Positions 48,338-57,562 of a stretch of 64,000 bases of DNA are shown piece by piece; position 1 is the stretch's first letter, and each line of letters opens with the position of its first letter. The notes below the pieces were generated by a model that saw nothing but the letters and a program-made list of their open reading frames with translations, was not told the DNA's origin and made no database searches. The position numbers were made by a program, and so were the translations under genes. The DNA is from an uncultured Anaerotruncus sp. (lineage in GTDB: Bacteria > Bacillota > Clostridia > Oscillospirales > Acutalibacteraceae): positions 170,569 through 234,568 of the forward strand of contig UQDL01000001.1 of assembly GCA_900539775.1 (NCBI GenBank), written 5' to 3'.

Positions 48338-48994
48338 ATGAACAGTTATAATGAACGCACCCACATAATCGGCCGCTTTTGGATAATAACGGCGCTGTTT
48401 GCGTTTTTAATGATTCCCGTGGCAATTTCATTAAAGCTTAATGCATTTCCTCAGGCATCCGTTGTGCTTAAAGGCCTTGCACCGATTGCGCTGCTGTTTT
48501 ATCCAACGGCGGTTATAGAGGTTTGCACCTATTCGCCGATGCTTGGCTCCGGTGCAACATATATTGCCTTTGTTACAGGCAATATAAACAATTTAAAACT
48601 GCCCTGCGCCCTTTCCGCAATGGACAGTGCAGGAGTTAACCCAAACAGCGATGAAGGCGAAATTCTTTCCACAATTGCAGTTGCGGCATCATCAATAGTT
48701 ACAACCTTTATTATTGCAATAGGCGTTATTGCCTTTGCTCCGTTTTTGCCACGCATAACTGCGCCGGATTCCGTGCTTGCGCCTGCATTCAGGCAGGTGG
48801 TGCCGGCGCTTTTCGGTGCTCTCGGAATGTCTTATATGGCAAAGCACTTTAAAATCAGCATTGTGCCGATTGCCGTTATATGCCTTATGCTTCTGTTTAA
48901 GGGTGATTTGGCTGTTGGAGTGCTTATTCCCGTTGGAGTTATCGTTTCGCTGCTTGCGGCGCATTTGATGTTTAAAAAAGGCTGGATTAAATAA
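48338..48994 (+). CDS. polytopic membrane protein of unknown function (second of a pair)
   Basis: ATG 48338 is 1 nt after the upstream stop (MNSYNERTHIIGRFWIITALFAF...). ~6 TM. The ORF track extends the N-terminus into the upstream gene (48293), judged to be overlap. Confidence 0.55.
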   Translation: MNSYNERTHIIGRFWIITALFAFLMIPVAISLKLNAFPQASVVLKGLAPIALLFYPTAVIEVCTYSPMLGSGATYIAFVTGNINNLKLPCALSAMDSAGVNPNSDEGEILSTIAVAASSIVTTFIIAIGVIAFAPFLPRITAPDSVLAPAFRQVVPALFGALGMSYMAKHFKISIVPIAVICLMLLFKGDLAVGVLIPVGVIVSLLAAHLMFKKGWIK

Positions 48995-49111
48995 GTTTGC
49001 TTAAATCGCACAGCCTGCCAAGCGGCAGACTGCACAAAGCAACAGCAAAATAATATAATGCCAAAGCAGAATGCACCGCAAGGCACCATCCTGCGGCACA
49101 TTTCGCTTTGC

Positions 49112-49158
49112 GAGCAAAACAAAAGCGGCACAGAATGGATTTTCCATCCTGTGCCGCT
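49112..49158 (-). terminator. rho-independent terminator of the 3D-domain gene (gcggcacag / ctgtgccgc)
   Basis: 9-bp stem. T-run on the minus strand (caaaacaaaa on plus). Confidence 0.65.
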
Positions 49159-49183
49159 TTAAGCTTGAAAACATTAAATTAAA

Positions 49184-50407
49184 TTACCAACCGAGGCGCA
49201 AAACTGTGATTGTGCACCTGCCTGTGCCGGCGCTGAGTGCAGCTGCGTGGCCGCCCGGTGTGTAAATATCTATTCTGCCTGTTTTTGAAAGGCCGCTGCC
49301 GCCTCTGTCCACAACCGTGTAGGTTTGGCCGTCTACATCAATAACAGAGCCGAGCGGAAGCCAGTTGCAGGCAACATAATACGGCTCCGGCATGCCAACA
49401 TAAACCTTTTTTCCGGATGCTGTGTTGCCTGTGCTTTTGCCGCAGCATTTTGCGCACGGGCAATAATGAGTGTATTTACCGCTGATTGTTTGGCCAACGG
49501 AAAAGCCGTTTTTAGACTGCACGCCGTTTGGCTCAAAGCCTGCGGCAGCAGTACCAACATATTTAACCTCTGTTACAGGCTCCTTAACCGTTACGGAAGT
49601 GAGCTGCACTCTTGAGGTTTCTTCGCCGTTTACATAGGTTACCTGATAGGTTACCTTTTTTTCGCCGTTTTCACCGGCGGTTTCAACCTTTGTTTCGCCC
49701 ACGGTCATAGAGGCGTCTTCCTTTGTTTGGGTTGAATACTTAATATCTTCGCTTACTGTTTCTGTTTTTACAACAGTTCTGTAAACAGTGATCTCCATGC
49801 CGTTTTCAACAGGCGTGTCAACAGACGGTTCGCAATAATCGGCATCGCCGAGTGTGATGCCTGCAAGAGAAATTACATCTGCAACCGTTCCGCCTGCCGT
49901 GTTTAAATTATAAGTGTTGCCATCTGCAATCACAGCAACCGCAAGCGGAGCCTCCACTGTGATTACCATGCCGTTTTCAACAGCATCATTAACATCATAA
50001 TTGATCTTGCAGCCCGAAACATTTATTTTCAGCTCTGCAAAAGCCTCGCCCACCGTGTCGGCATAAACATCATATGCCTTGATGGATTCGTTAAACTTAA
50101 TGTTAACGGTATTTAATCTGTCTATAACGATAGTGCCGCCGTTGCCTGCCTCAAAGCCTGCAATATCAAGCCTATCATTAGAACCAAGAGCTATATTTGC
50201 CTCATTAAGGATTTCGGTTGGTTCCGTTTCGTTTGTTGTAACCGTATATTGCTTGCCGTTATCATCAATAACAACATTATATTCGCTTGCCATGCCTGCG
50301 AATGCGCTTGTGGCAAACACGCAAATGATAAGCAAAAATGCGATTACCGCTGCCGCCATAAATCTTGAAATATGCTTTACGGAGGCCGCATGTGATTCGT
50401 TAATCAT
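49184..50407 (-). CDS. cell-wall-associated DUF348-G5-3D domain protein (YabE/YuiC-like)
   Basis: AAAGGAG RBS. N-terminal TM anchor. DUF348-like repeats (YNVVIDDNGKQYTVTTNE..., NTYNLNTAGGTVADVISLAGI). G5-like segment (TKVETAGENGEKKVTYQVTYVNGEE). C-terminal 3D domain (VACNWLPLGSVIDVDGQTYTVVDRGGSG...RIDIY). Confidence 0.7.
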   Translation of the reverse strand: MINESHAASVKHISRFMAAAVIAFLLIICVFATSAFAGMASEYNVVIDDNGKQYTVTTNETEPTEILNEANIALGSNDRLDIAGFEAGNGGTIVIDRLNTVNIKFNESIKAYDVYADTVGEAFAELKINVSGCKINYDVNDAVENGMVITVEAPLAVAVIADGNTYNLNTAGGTVADVISLAGITLGDADYCEPSVDTPVENGMEITVYRTVVKTETVSEDIKYSTQTKEDASMTVGETKVETAGENGEKKVTYQVTYVNGEETSRVQLTSVTVKEPVTEVKYVGTAAAGFEPNGVQSKNGFSVGQTISGKYTHYCPCAKCCGKSTGNTASGKKVYVGMPEPYYVACNWLPLGSVIDVDGQTYTVVDRGGSGLSKTGRIDIYTPGGHAAALSAGTGRCTITVLRLGW

Positions 50408-51131
50408 CTTAATCTCCTTTGTTATGCACTTGAGCCATAATATTGGCTGTGCCGAAATTCAGCAAGCCTGCACGGCACAAAACCGCCGTTTAAGCCTGCC
50501 GGCAGAAGCATTTATTCTGCCTTCAGAACCGATTGAAGCACAAGCTTTCGCACGGCTCTGCCTTTAGTATTTCTCAAGCACTTGGCATTATAGTTATTTT
50601 CGCACAAGGTGTCAAGGCGAAAAAAATAAGTTTTTTGTGCACATTGCACAAGGAAACAAAAAAGTTACAATTTGTAACTGGTTTGTAAAACAATATCTTG
50701 TGTATTTTCTTTTTCGTGATTTAACGCGTGAAAGCGTTTTTTTGTTCAAATTTCCAGAAATGCCTTAGAAGATTTTTACGAAATTGTAACCTTTTGATTT
50801 TTCAACCGCCATTTCAACAATATGTTGTGTGTTTTTTTAGACTTTTAAAAATTCCATACTATATATAGGAACAGTTTTTGTAACATTCTAAGCCTGTCCT
50901 TTTGGGATTTATTGCATATATAATAGATATAATAATATTATTAAATATAATATATATAACATTATATATGCAGACAAAATATGCAACGGTTGCCACACAC
51001 CGCTCCCCCCCTGCCCCGCCGCTCGTTTTTAAGCAGCGCACACTTTGCAACTGTTGCGCAAAGCGCCCTAAAACGGTGCCGTTTAAATCTGCAAGATAAT
51101 TCAGACGCCCCGCTGCCTTTTATGATTTTTG

Positions 51132-51160
51132 TTGACAAGAATATTTCTTTGGGCTATAAT
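51132..51160 (+). promoter_or_regulatory. consensus sigma-A promoter TTGACA-17-TATAAT for tRNA-Arg
   Basis: ttgaca agaatatttctttgggc tataat, about 25 nt upstream of the tRNA 5' end. Confidence 0.65.
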
Positions 51161-51184
51161 ATGACGGAAACAAAAACAGAATAT

Positions 51185-51261
51185 GTCTCAGTAGCTCAGT
51201 TGGATAGAGCGACCGCCTCCTAAGCGGTAGGTCGGAGGTTCGACTCCTCTCTGGGACGCCA
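51185..51261 (+). tRNA. tRNA-Arg (anticodon CCT), encoded CCA
   Basis: 77 nt gtctcag...ctgggacgcca. Acceptor GTCTCAG/CTGGGAC with one G-T wobble, D-arm tagctcagttggatagagc, anticodon loop ctCCTaa, T-arm ggagg-ttcgact-cctct. Confidence 0.85.
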
Positions 51262-51269
51262 AAAACTCC

Positions 51270-51311
51270 GTCGGAAAGCCCGGTAAAATCAAGGGCTTCC
51301 GGCGTTTTTTC
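51270..51311 (+). terminator. rho-independent terminator after tRNA-Arg
   Basis: ccggaaagccc...gggcttccgg followed by cgttttttc. Confidence 0.6.
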
Positions 51312-51450
51312 ATTTTTACGAAGAAACAGCAAAAACGGAAAATCACAAATTTCATAATCGGTCAACAAATTTATTTGTAATTATTGACAATAAAAACGAG
51401 CGATGTATAATATTATTGTCTAATTTTAACAATTTGTTAGGGGATTATTT

Positions 51451-52851
51451 ATGGAAACGCACGGAATTAAATTTAAGGATAAGCTTGGTTATGCTTTGGG
51501 CGATATGGGCGGAATACTCTCGTTTAGTCTTGTTTCTTCGTATTTAACAATGTTTTATACCGATATTTTGGGCATTTCAGCCGCAAGCATAACAATCTTA
51601 ATGCTTGTTGCCAGAATTTGGGACGCTGTAAATGACCCTATGTGGGGTTCATTTATAGACTCAAGAAAGCCGACAAAGCACGGCAGATTCAGACCCTATA
51701 TTTTAGGGGCTTCTTTTCCGCTTGCCGTGGGTGCTTTTTTGATGTTTTGTAAAATCCCCGGATTGTCAAACGGCCAATACTTAATCTATGCTTATATAAC
51801 ATATATTTTCTACGGAATGATGTATACCGGCGTCAATATCCCTTACGGCTCATTGGCAAGTGCCATTACGGATGACGAGGTTGAACGCTCATCTCTTTCA
51901 ATGTGGCGCTCTGTCGGTGCGGGAATCGGCGGCTTGCCGGCGCAAATTCTTATGCCGCTTGTTGTTTTCACGACTGTAATCAATGCCGACGGCAGTTCGT
52001 CAAAGGTGCTGGACGGGAACAAGCTTTCATTGTGCGTAGGTGCAATTTCGATTTTAACGATCGTTCTTTTTATTATCCACTTTAGATTGACAAAAGAGCG
52101 AATTCAGCTTCCGCCGACTCAAAAAACAAGCGATTATAATTTGCTGAAAACCGTCAAAGTTCTTGCTAAAAACAAGCCGTTTGTTGTGCTTTGCTTTATA
52201 TCTATGTTTCTTATCTGTTTTCAAATGTACACACAAACGTTTTATAATTATCTTTTCAAAAATTACTTTGAGAAGCCGGGTCTTTACAGCATTGTTACCA
52301 TATGCACATATTTGCCTATGGCGTTGTTTTTACCGTTTATGGGTAAGCTTATCAGAAAATTCGGCAAAAAGGAAATTTGCGGCGCAGGCTTGGGCTTTGC
52401 CTTTGTTATCAGCGCATTGATGTTCCTTTTGCGTTTTACCCCGTTTGCTCACAATCCTTATGTTTTCCTCGGACTCGTGTTCCTTTCGGGTGCAGGTCAA
52501 ACCTTCCTTGTGCTTGAGGTTTGGGCGCTTGTTATGGACGTTACGGATTATCAGGAGCTTTTATCGGGCAGGCGTGAAGAGGGCACAACCTACAGTATTT
52601 ATTCTTTTGTTCGCAAATTAGGTCAAACAGCCGCAGGTGCAGGCGTTCCGGCAGTGCTTGGGGCTATCGGCTACAAAGGCACGCAAGCCGTACAATCGCA
52701 GCAGGTTTTAACGAAAATGTTTGATGCGGCAACAATAGTTCCGTCGGTTATTCTTTTGCTTATGTTTATTTTGACGACTTTTTGCTACAAGCTGGGCAAA
52801 TCGGAAATCGAGAATTTGCACAAGCAGCTTTACGGCAATAAAAACGATTGA
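51451..52851 (+). CDS. MFS GPH-family glycoside:cation symporter (second copy in the window)
   Basis: ARIWDAVNDPMWGSFIDSRKPTKHGRFRPY (GPH signature), 12 TM. Low GC relative to neighbours. Confidence 0.75.
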   Translation: METHGIKFKDKLGYALGDMGGILSFSLVSSYLTMFYTDILGISAASITILMLVARIWDAVNDPMWGSFIDSRKPTKHGRFRPYILGASFPLAVGAFLMFCKIPGLSNGQYLIYAYITYIFYGMMYTGVNIPYGSLASAITDDEVERSSLSMWRSVGAGIGGLPAQILMPLVVFTTVINADGSSSKVLDGNKLSLCVGAISILTIVLFIIHFRLTKERIQLPPTQKTSDYNLLKTVKVLAKNKPFVVLCFISMFLICFQMYTQTFYNYLFKNYFEKPGLYSIVTICTYLPMALFLPFMGKLIRKFGKKEICGAGLGFAFVISALMFLLRFTPFAHNPYVFLGLVFLSGAGQTFLVLEVWALVMDVTDYQELLSGRREEGTTYSIYSFVRKLGQTAAGAGVPAVLGAIGYKGTQAVQSQQVLTKMFDAATIVPSVILLLMFILTTFCYKLGKSEIENLHKQLYGNKND

Positions 52852-52872
52852 TATACTTAGGGGCATAATTTT

Positions 52873-54201
52873 ATGAAAACAGTCGAATTGCAAACAAAAT
52901 GCGGAAAAATTCAAGGCATAGACGGCGAAAACTGCTTTGAATTCAGGGGCATAAAGTACGCAAATGCCAAGCGTTGGGAATATCCTCAGGTGATTGAAAA
53001 GTGGCAGGGTGTTTTTGATGCAACTTGTTTTAAGGAGTGCTCATATCAGCACCGTGGGTTTGATGATGATGCAACGGTTAACCCTTTTTATCATTATGAA
53101 TTCAGAGACGGTTTGGCGTTTACATACAGCGAGGATTGCCAATTTTTGAATATATATATGCCTAAAGAGGCTAAAAACTGTCCTGTTTTAATTTTTATTC
53201 ACGGCGGCAGCTTTACAGGCGGAAGCTCAAACGAGGCACATATCAACGGCGAAAATTTTGCAAAAAACGGCGTGATTTTCGTTGCGATGAATTACAGGCT
53301 TAATGCCTTCGGCTTTTGCTCACACCCTGATTTAACCGATGAAAACGGAGTTTGCGGTAATTTCGGACTTTTTGACCAATATGCCGCAATTAAATGGGTT
53401 AGGGAAAATATTGAAGCTTTCGGCGGAAACCCGAATAATATTGTGCTTTCAGGTCAAAGCGCAGGGGCTATGAGCGTTGACATTCATCTTTCAAATCCGC
53501 TTTGCAAAGGTTGGTTTTCCGGAGCGATAATGATGAGCGGCGGCGGTTTACAGCGTTTCCTCGCAAAACCCCTGACCCCTGAAAAAACAAGAGCTTTTTG
53601 GGATAAGATTGTTGAAAATGCAGGAGTTAAAAGTATAGCCGAGTTAAAAAAAGCGGATAAAGAGGTGCTTTATCGTGCTTGGGATAAGGCATGCAAGGAG
53701 GATAAGCTTAAAAGTATGCTTTACACCCTGCCGGTTTGCGACGGAGAAATAATCACACAGTCAAATTTTAACAAAAGGACAATTCCTCAAATGCCCAAAA
53801 TTATAGGTGTTACAAAAAATGATATGGTGCCTGCCGTTTTGCAGGCTATCGATAAAAAATGGGTTTCCTGTGATAAAAACAGCGATTGCTATATTTATTA
53901 TTTTGCACGCAGCTTGCCGGGCGATGAAAAGGGTGCTTGGCATTCAAGCGATTTGCTTTATGCTTTTTCAACTCTTGATAAAAATTGGCGGCCTTTTGAG
54001 GCTGTTGATTATGAAATTTCAAATCAGCTTGCAAAATCTTTTATTGCTTTTGCAAAAAACGGAAATCCCAATTGCAATGAAATACCGGCGTGGAAGCCCG
54101 GCACGGCTAAGGTTATGACTTTTTGTGAAAACACAAGGCCGGCACATTGGAATACCCCACAGATTTTGAAAAATACATTTATTGGCGGAGCATCAATATA
54201 A
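52873..54201 (+). CDS. carboxylesterase type B (para-nitrobenzyl esterase-like alpha/beta hydrolase)
   Basis: IFIHGGSFTGGS (oxyanion hole HGG), GGNPNNIVLSGQSAGA (nucleophile elbow G-Q-S-A-G), family-typical length of 442 aa. Confidence 0.8.
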   Translation: MKTVELQTKCGKIQGIDGENCFEFRGIKYANAKRWEYPQVIEKWQGVFDATCFKECSYQHRGFDDDATVNPFYHYEFRDGLAFTYSEDCQFLNIYMPKEAKNCPVLIFIHGGSFTGGSSNEAHINGENFAKNGVIFVAMNYRLNAFGFCSHPDLTDENGVCGNFGLFDQYAAIKWVRENIEAFGGNPNNIVLSGQSAGAMSVDIHLSNPLCKGWFSGAIMMSGGGLQRFLAKPLTPEKTRAFWDKIVENAGVKSIAELKKADKEVLYRAWDKACKEDKLKSMLYTLPVCDGEIITQSNFNKRTIPQMPKIIGVTKNDMVPAVLQAIDKKWVSCDKNSDCYIYYFARSLPGDEKGAWHSSDLLYAFSTLDKNWRPFEAVDYEISNQLAKSFIAFAKNGNPNCNEIPAWKPGTAKVMTFCENTRPAHWNTPQILKNTFIGGASI

Positions 54202-56504
54202 TGAGATTTAATCATATTTTTAAGCTTACAAACGAAAACGAAACGCACCGTGAATATAAGTGCGATAACGTTAATATCAACATTGATTTCATAAGTGGCA
54301 GTGCTTTGCGTGTGGCTGTTTTTAACGATAACGCCGAAATGCTGCCGACCTTTACCGTAAATCCGAATAATAACCTATCCTCTCTCGGCAGAAACAGATT
54401 ATCCGTGGACGGATTTGACTGTGTTGCGCCTGTTGTTGAAAAATTTGAAAATAAAGAGAAATTTGTTCTTGATTGCGGCGTTACCGTTGACCTTGATTTA
54501 CACAATTTTATTTTGTCTTACAGTAAAGAGTCAAAGCTTTTGTTCGGAGACAGAGCGCCGCTTGCCTATAATTTTGAAGGCGAATTCGGCAATGTGTCTT
54601 ATCATTATATTACCAGAGAAGATGACGAGCATATTTTCGGACTTGGCGACAAAAGCGGCCTGATAAATAAAGCGGGTCAGGTTTACCGTGTTGAAACGGC
54701 GGACAGTATGGGCTTTGACGCAGAAAAAACAGATCCTCTGTACAAGCATGTTCCGTTTTATATTTGCGAAAATTCTGTTGGTGCTTACGGTATTTATTAC
54801 GATACAACAGACACCTCTTTTGTTGATTTGGGCAGGGAAATCAATAATTATTACTGCCATTTCAAGTATTTTAAGACGGATGACGATTGCTTGGTTTATT
54901 ATGTTTTTTTCGGAAGCAAGCTTTCTGTTTTACAGCAATATGCTCGCTTGTGCGGCAAGCAGGCTTTTCCGCCTAAGTGGAGCTTCGATTATTGCGGCAG
55001 CACAATGGCATATACCGATGCGCCTGACGCACAAAATCAGATGCAGGGCTTTTTGGATAAAATTAAAGACCTTGATTTGAGCTGCGGCGGATTTTATCTT
55101 TCATCGGGATATACTTCAATAGGGAATTTGCGTTGCGTTTTTAATTGGAATTACGATAAGTTCCCCGATCCTGAAAAATTCGTTGCCGATTACAATAATG
55201 CAGGAATACATTTAATTCCGAATATTAAGCCTGCTTTTTTGACCTCGCATCCAATGTATGATGAGTTGGCGGAAAAAGGATTTTTTGTTAAAAATGCAGA
55301 CTCAACACCCTATGTAACACAGTTTTGGGACGGCGTGGGCAGTTATTTGGACTTTACAAATTCCGACGCCTTCGATTTTTGGGGCAGTCAGGTAACCGAA
55401 AAGCTACTTGATTTCGGAATTGATGCCACATGGAATGATAATAACGAGTTTGATATTAAGGCAACCGACGCTGTTGCCGCAGGCTTTGGCGAAAAAGCTT
55501 CTGCGTGCAGAATTCGTCCGATATTAACTTATTTAATGGTATTATCTTCGTACAAGGCGCAAATGAAAAAATATCCCAATAAGCGTCCGTTTTTATCTAC
55601 GAGAAGCGGAAACAGCGGTGTAAGACGCTTGGCGCAAACCTGGTCCGGCGATAATTTTACTTCGTTTCACGATTTGCGTTTTTGCCATTATGTGGGAATG
55701 ACAATGTCCCTTTCAGGCTTTTATTTTTACGGTCACGATTTGGGAGGCTTTTCAGGCGAAATGCCTTCCGAAGAATTGCTTTTAAGATGGATGCAGCACG
55801 GCGTTTTTGAGCCACGCTTTACAATTCATTCTTGGAACGGCGACGGCTCTGCTACTATGCCGTGGAGCTACGAAAGCGGCTTGTGCGGCGCAAAGGCGAT
55901 TTTAAAACAACGCAAAAGCCTGATACCTTATTTATATAATTGTGCTTATAACAGCGTGGAAAATGATGTCCCCGTGCAAGCTCCGCCTTATATTTATTAC
56001 AATGATGAAAATATTGATGTAAATACCGATGCGTTTATGCTTGGCAGAGATGTTTTGGCAGCCTGCGTGCTTGACGAGGGTGTAACTCAGGCAGATGTTT
56101 ACCTGCCAAAGGGCGACGATTGGTATCTGAATGAAACAGAAAAGCTTTATTGCGGCGGAAGCACGGTAAAGGTCGATTTGCCGTCAGATAAGCCTGTGCC
56201 TTATTTTATTCGTTCCGGCTCTGTTTTTCCCGTTGATGAGGGCGAGTGCTCATACAAATCCGCAGAGAAAGTCGTTTTTACCGTTTATCCTGTTAAAAAC
56301 GGCAAATTTACAGCCCGTTATTTTAATGATGACGGCGAGTCCTTTGAATACTTAAAAAACAACTGCGTAAAATTAGAGTTTGATGTAAATTGCGATAACG
56401 AAAATGTTGATGTTGTTGTAAATAATAAGGGTAATGTAAAATTTGAGCCTGAAATCAAGCTTGTTTCTACGGATTTGCGTAAGTTGAATGTTTCGGTAAA
56501 ATAA
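54201..56504 (+). CDS. glycoside hydrolase family 31 (alpha-glucosidase/alpha-xylosidase)
   Basis: GIDATWNDNNEF (GH31 catalytic-nucleophile motif WxDMNE variant), about 770 aa. ATG overlaps the esterase stop (TAATG). The ORF track starts at 54147. Confidence 0.75.
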   Translation: MRFNHIFKLTNENETHREYKCDNVNINIDFISGSALRVAVFNDNAEMLPTFTVNPNNNLSSLGRNRLSVDGFDCVAPVVEKFENKEKFVLDCGVTVDLDLHNFILSYSKESKLLFGDRAPLAYNFEGEFGNVSYHYITREDDEHIFGLGDKSGLINKAGQVYRVETADSMGFDAEKTDPLYKHVPFYICENSVGAYGIYYDTTDTSFVDLGREINNYYCHFKYFKTDDDCLVYYVFFGSKLSVLQQYARLCGKQAFPPKWSFDYCGSTMAYTDAPDAQNQMQGFLDKIKDLDLSCGGFYLSSGYTSIGNLRCVFNWNYDKFPDPEKFVADYNNAGIHLIPNIKPAFLTSHPMYDELAEKGFFVKNADSTPYVTQFWDGVGSYLDFTNSDAFDFWGSQVTEKLLDFGIDATWNDNNEFDIKATDAVAAGFGEKASACRIRPILTYLMVLSSYKAQMKKYPNKRPFLSTRSGNSGVRRLAQTWSGDNFTSFHDLRFCHYVGMTMSLSGFYFYGHDLGGFSGEMPSEELLLRWMQHGVFEPRFTIHSWNGDGSATMPWSYESGLCGAKAILKQRKSLIPYLYNCAYNSVENDVPVQAPPYIYYNDENIDVNTDAFMLGRDVLAACVLDEGVTQADVYLPKGDDWYLNETEKLYCGGSTVKVDLPSDKPVPYFIRSGSVFPVDEGECSYKSAEKVVFTVYPVKNGKFTARYFNDDGESFEYLKNNCVKLEFDVNCDNENVDVVVNNKGNVKFEPEIKLVSTDLRKLNVSVK

Positions 56505-56508
56505 TATC

Positions 56509-56530
56509 TGCCTTCCGGGACGCCAAAAAG
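56509..56530 (+). repeat. short direct copy of the tRNA-Arg 3' end (ccgggacgccaaaaag), followed by its own terminator hairpin (56531-56566)
   Basis: Matches ctgggacgccaaaaa at 51249-51265 with one mismatch. The hairpin agcagtatcaaa/tttgatgctgct is followed by a T-run. Confidence 0.5.
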
Positions 56531-56619
56531 CAGTATCAAAATTTGATGCTGCTTTTTTATTTTAAAGGCAACTATGCACTATGCACTAAAATGCCGCCTT
56601 AGTTAAATGGATATAATAA

Positions 56620-56667
56620 ACCCCTCCTAAGCGGTAGGTCGGAGGTTTGACTCCTCTCCGGGACGCC
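56620..56667 (+). repeat. truncated tRNA-Arg(CCT) 3' half (anticodon stem to CCA), 47/48 nt with two mismatches to the intact gene; att-like direct repeat
   Basis: cctcctaagcggtaggtcggaggttTgactcctctcCgggacgcca. No 5' half or acceptor partner upstream. Followed by the terminator agccgaaaag...cttttcggct-ttttc (56668-56708). Confidence 0.7.
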
Positions 56668-56857
56668 AAAAAGCCGAAAAGCCTTGATACAGCGCTTTTC
56701 GGCTTTTTCTTTTTGCTATTCTGATTTCGGCCTGCGCGTTGCCGCTTTCAAAGCAATCACGCTTTGCAGCCCAAAACTAAGCTTGGCACTTGCTTTTTGA
56801 TTTCAAACATGATATTATTGGTATATATACTAATACATTTATTAACAGGTGATATAA

Positions 56858-57562
56858 TTGCGTAGAAGCAGCAGCGAAACAAAGAAAAAAATTCTGACCG
56901 CATGCGTCAAATTGTTTTTGGAGGAGGGATATAAAAACACCACTGTAAGCCGAATTATTGAAGAGGCAGAGGTTGCAAGAGGAAGCTATCTTAATTTGTT
57001 TCCCACTAAGGACAAAATTTTGCTTGAATTAACCCAAACCATGTTTGGAGGGCAATTCGATGTGGCAAGAAGCATTGCAAACAGAAATTTGCCGCCGGTT
57101 TTTGCCTATGCGGTTGAAACTGCAATACAGCTTACTCTTACCGAGCTAAACGAAAATTTGCGAGAGATTTATATTGAAGCATACACAATTCCGGACACGG
57201 CAGAATATATATATCTGCACACCACGGCAGAGCTGAGGCAGATTTTCGGCACAAACTTTCCCAATTACAGTGACAGCGATTTTTATGAAATGGAAATAGG
57301 CACGGCAGGTTTAATGCGTAACTATATGGCCAGAAAATGCGACATTCATTTTCCCCTTGAGCGCAAGCTCAGCCGATTTTTAACTGCAGCGATGCGAGTT
57401 TATCTTGTGCCGGAAGAAGATCAGGAAAAGGTGCTTGCTTTTATAGGCTCAATTGATATTCAGGCGATTTCCGCCAAGGTTATGCACAAACTGTTTGCCA
57501 TGTTGGAAATGAAATATGATTTTAAGCTTTCAAACGATGGCAAAACGGAGGAAAGAAGATGA
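56858..57562 (+). CDS. TetR/AcrR-family transcriptional regulator
   Basis: TTG start with AGGTGAT RBS. N-terminal HTH KKKILTACVKLFLEEGYKNTTVSRIIEEAEVARGSYLNLFPTKDKIL. ATGA overlap with the downstream collagen-like lipoprotein gene. Confidence 0.75.
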   Translation: MRRSSSETKKKILTACVKLFLEEGYKNTTVSRIIEEAEVARGSYLNLFPTKDKILLELTQTMFGGQFDVARSIANRNLPPVFAYAVETAIQLTLTELNENLREIYIEAYTIPDTAEYIYLHTTAELRQIFGTNFPNYSDSDFYEMEIGTAGLMRNYMARKCDIHFPLERKLSRFLTAAMRVYLVPEEDQEKVLAFIGSIDIQAISAKVMHKLFAMLEMKYDFKLSNDGKTEERR

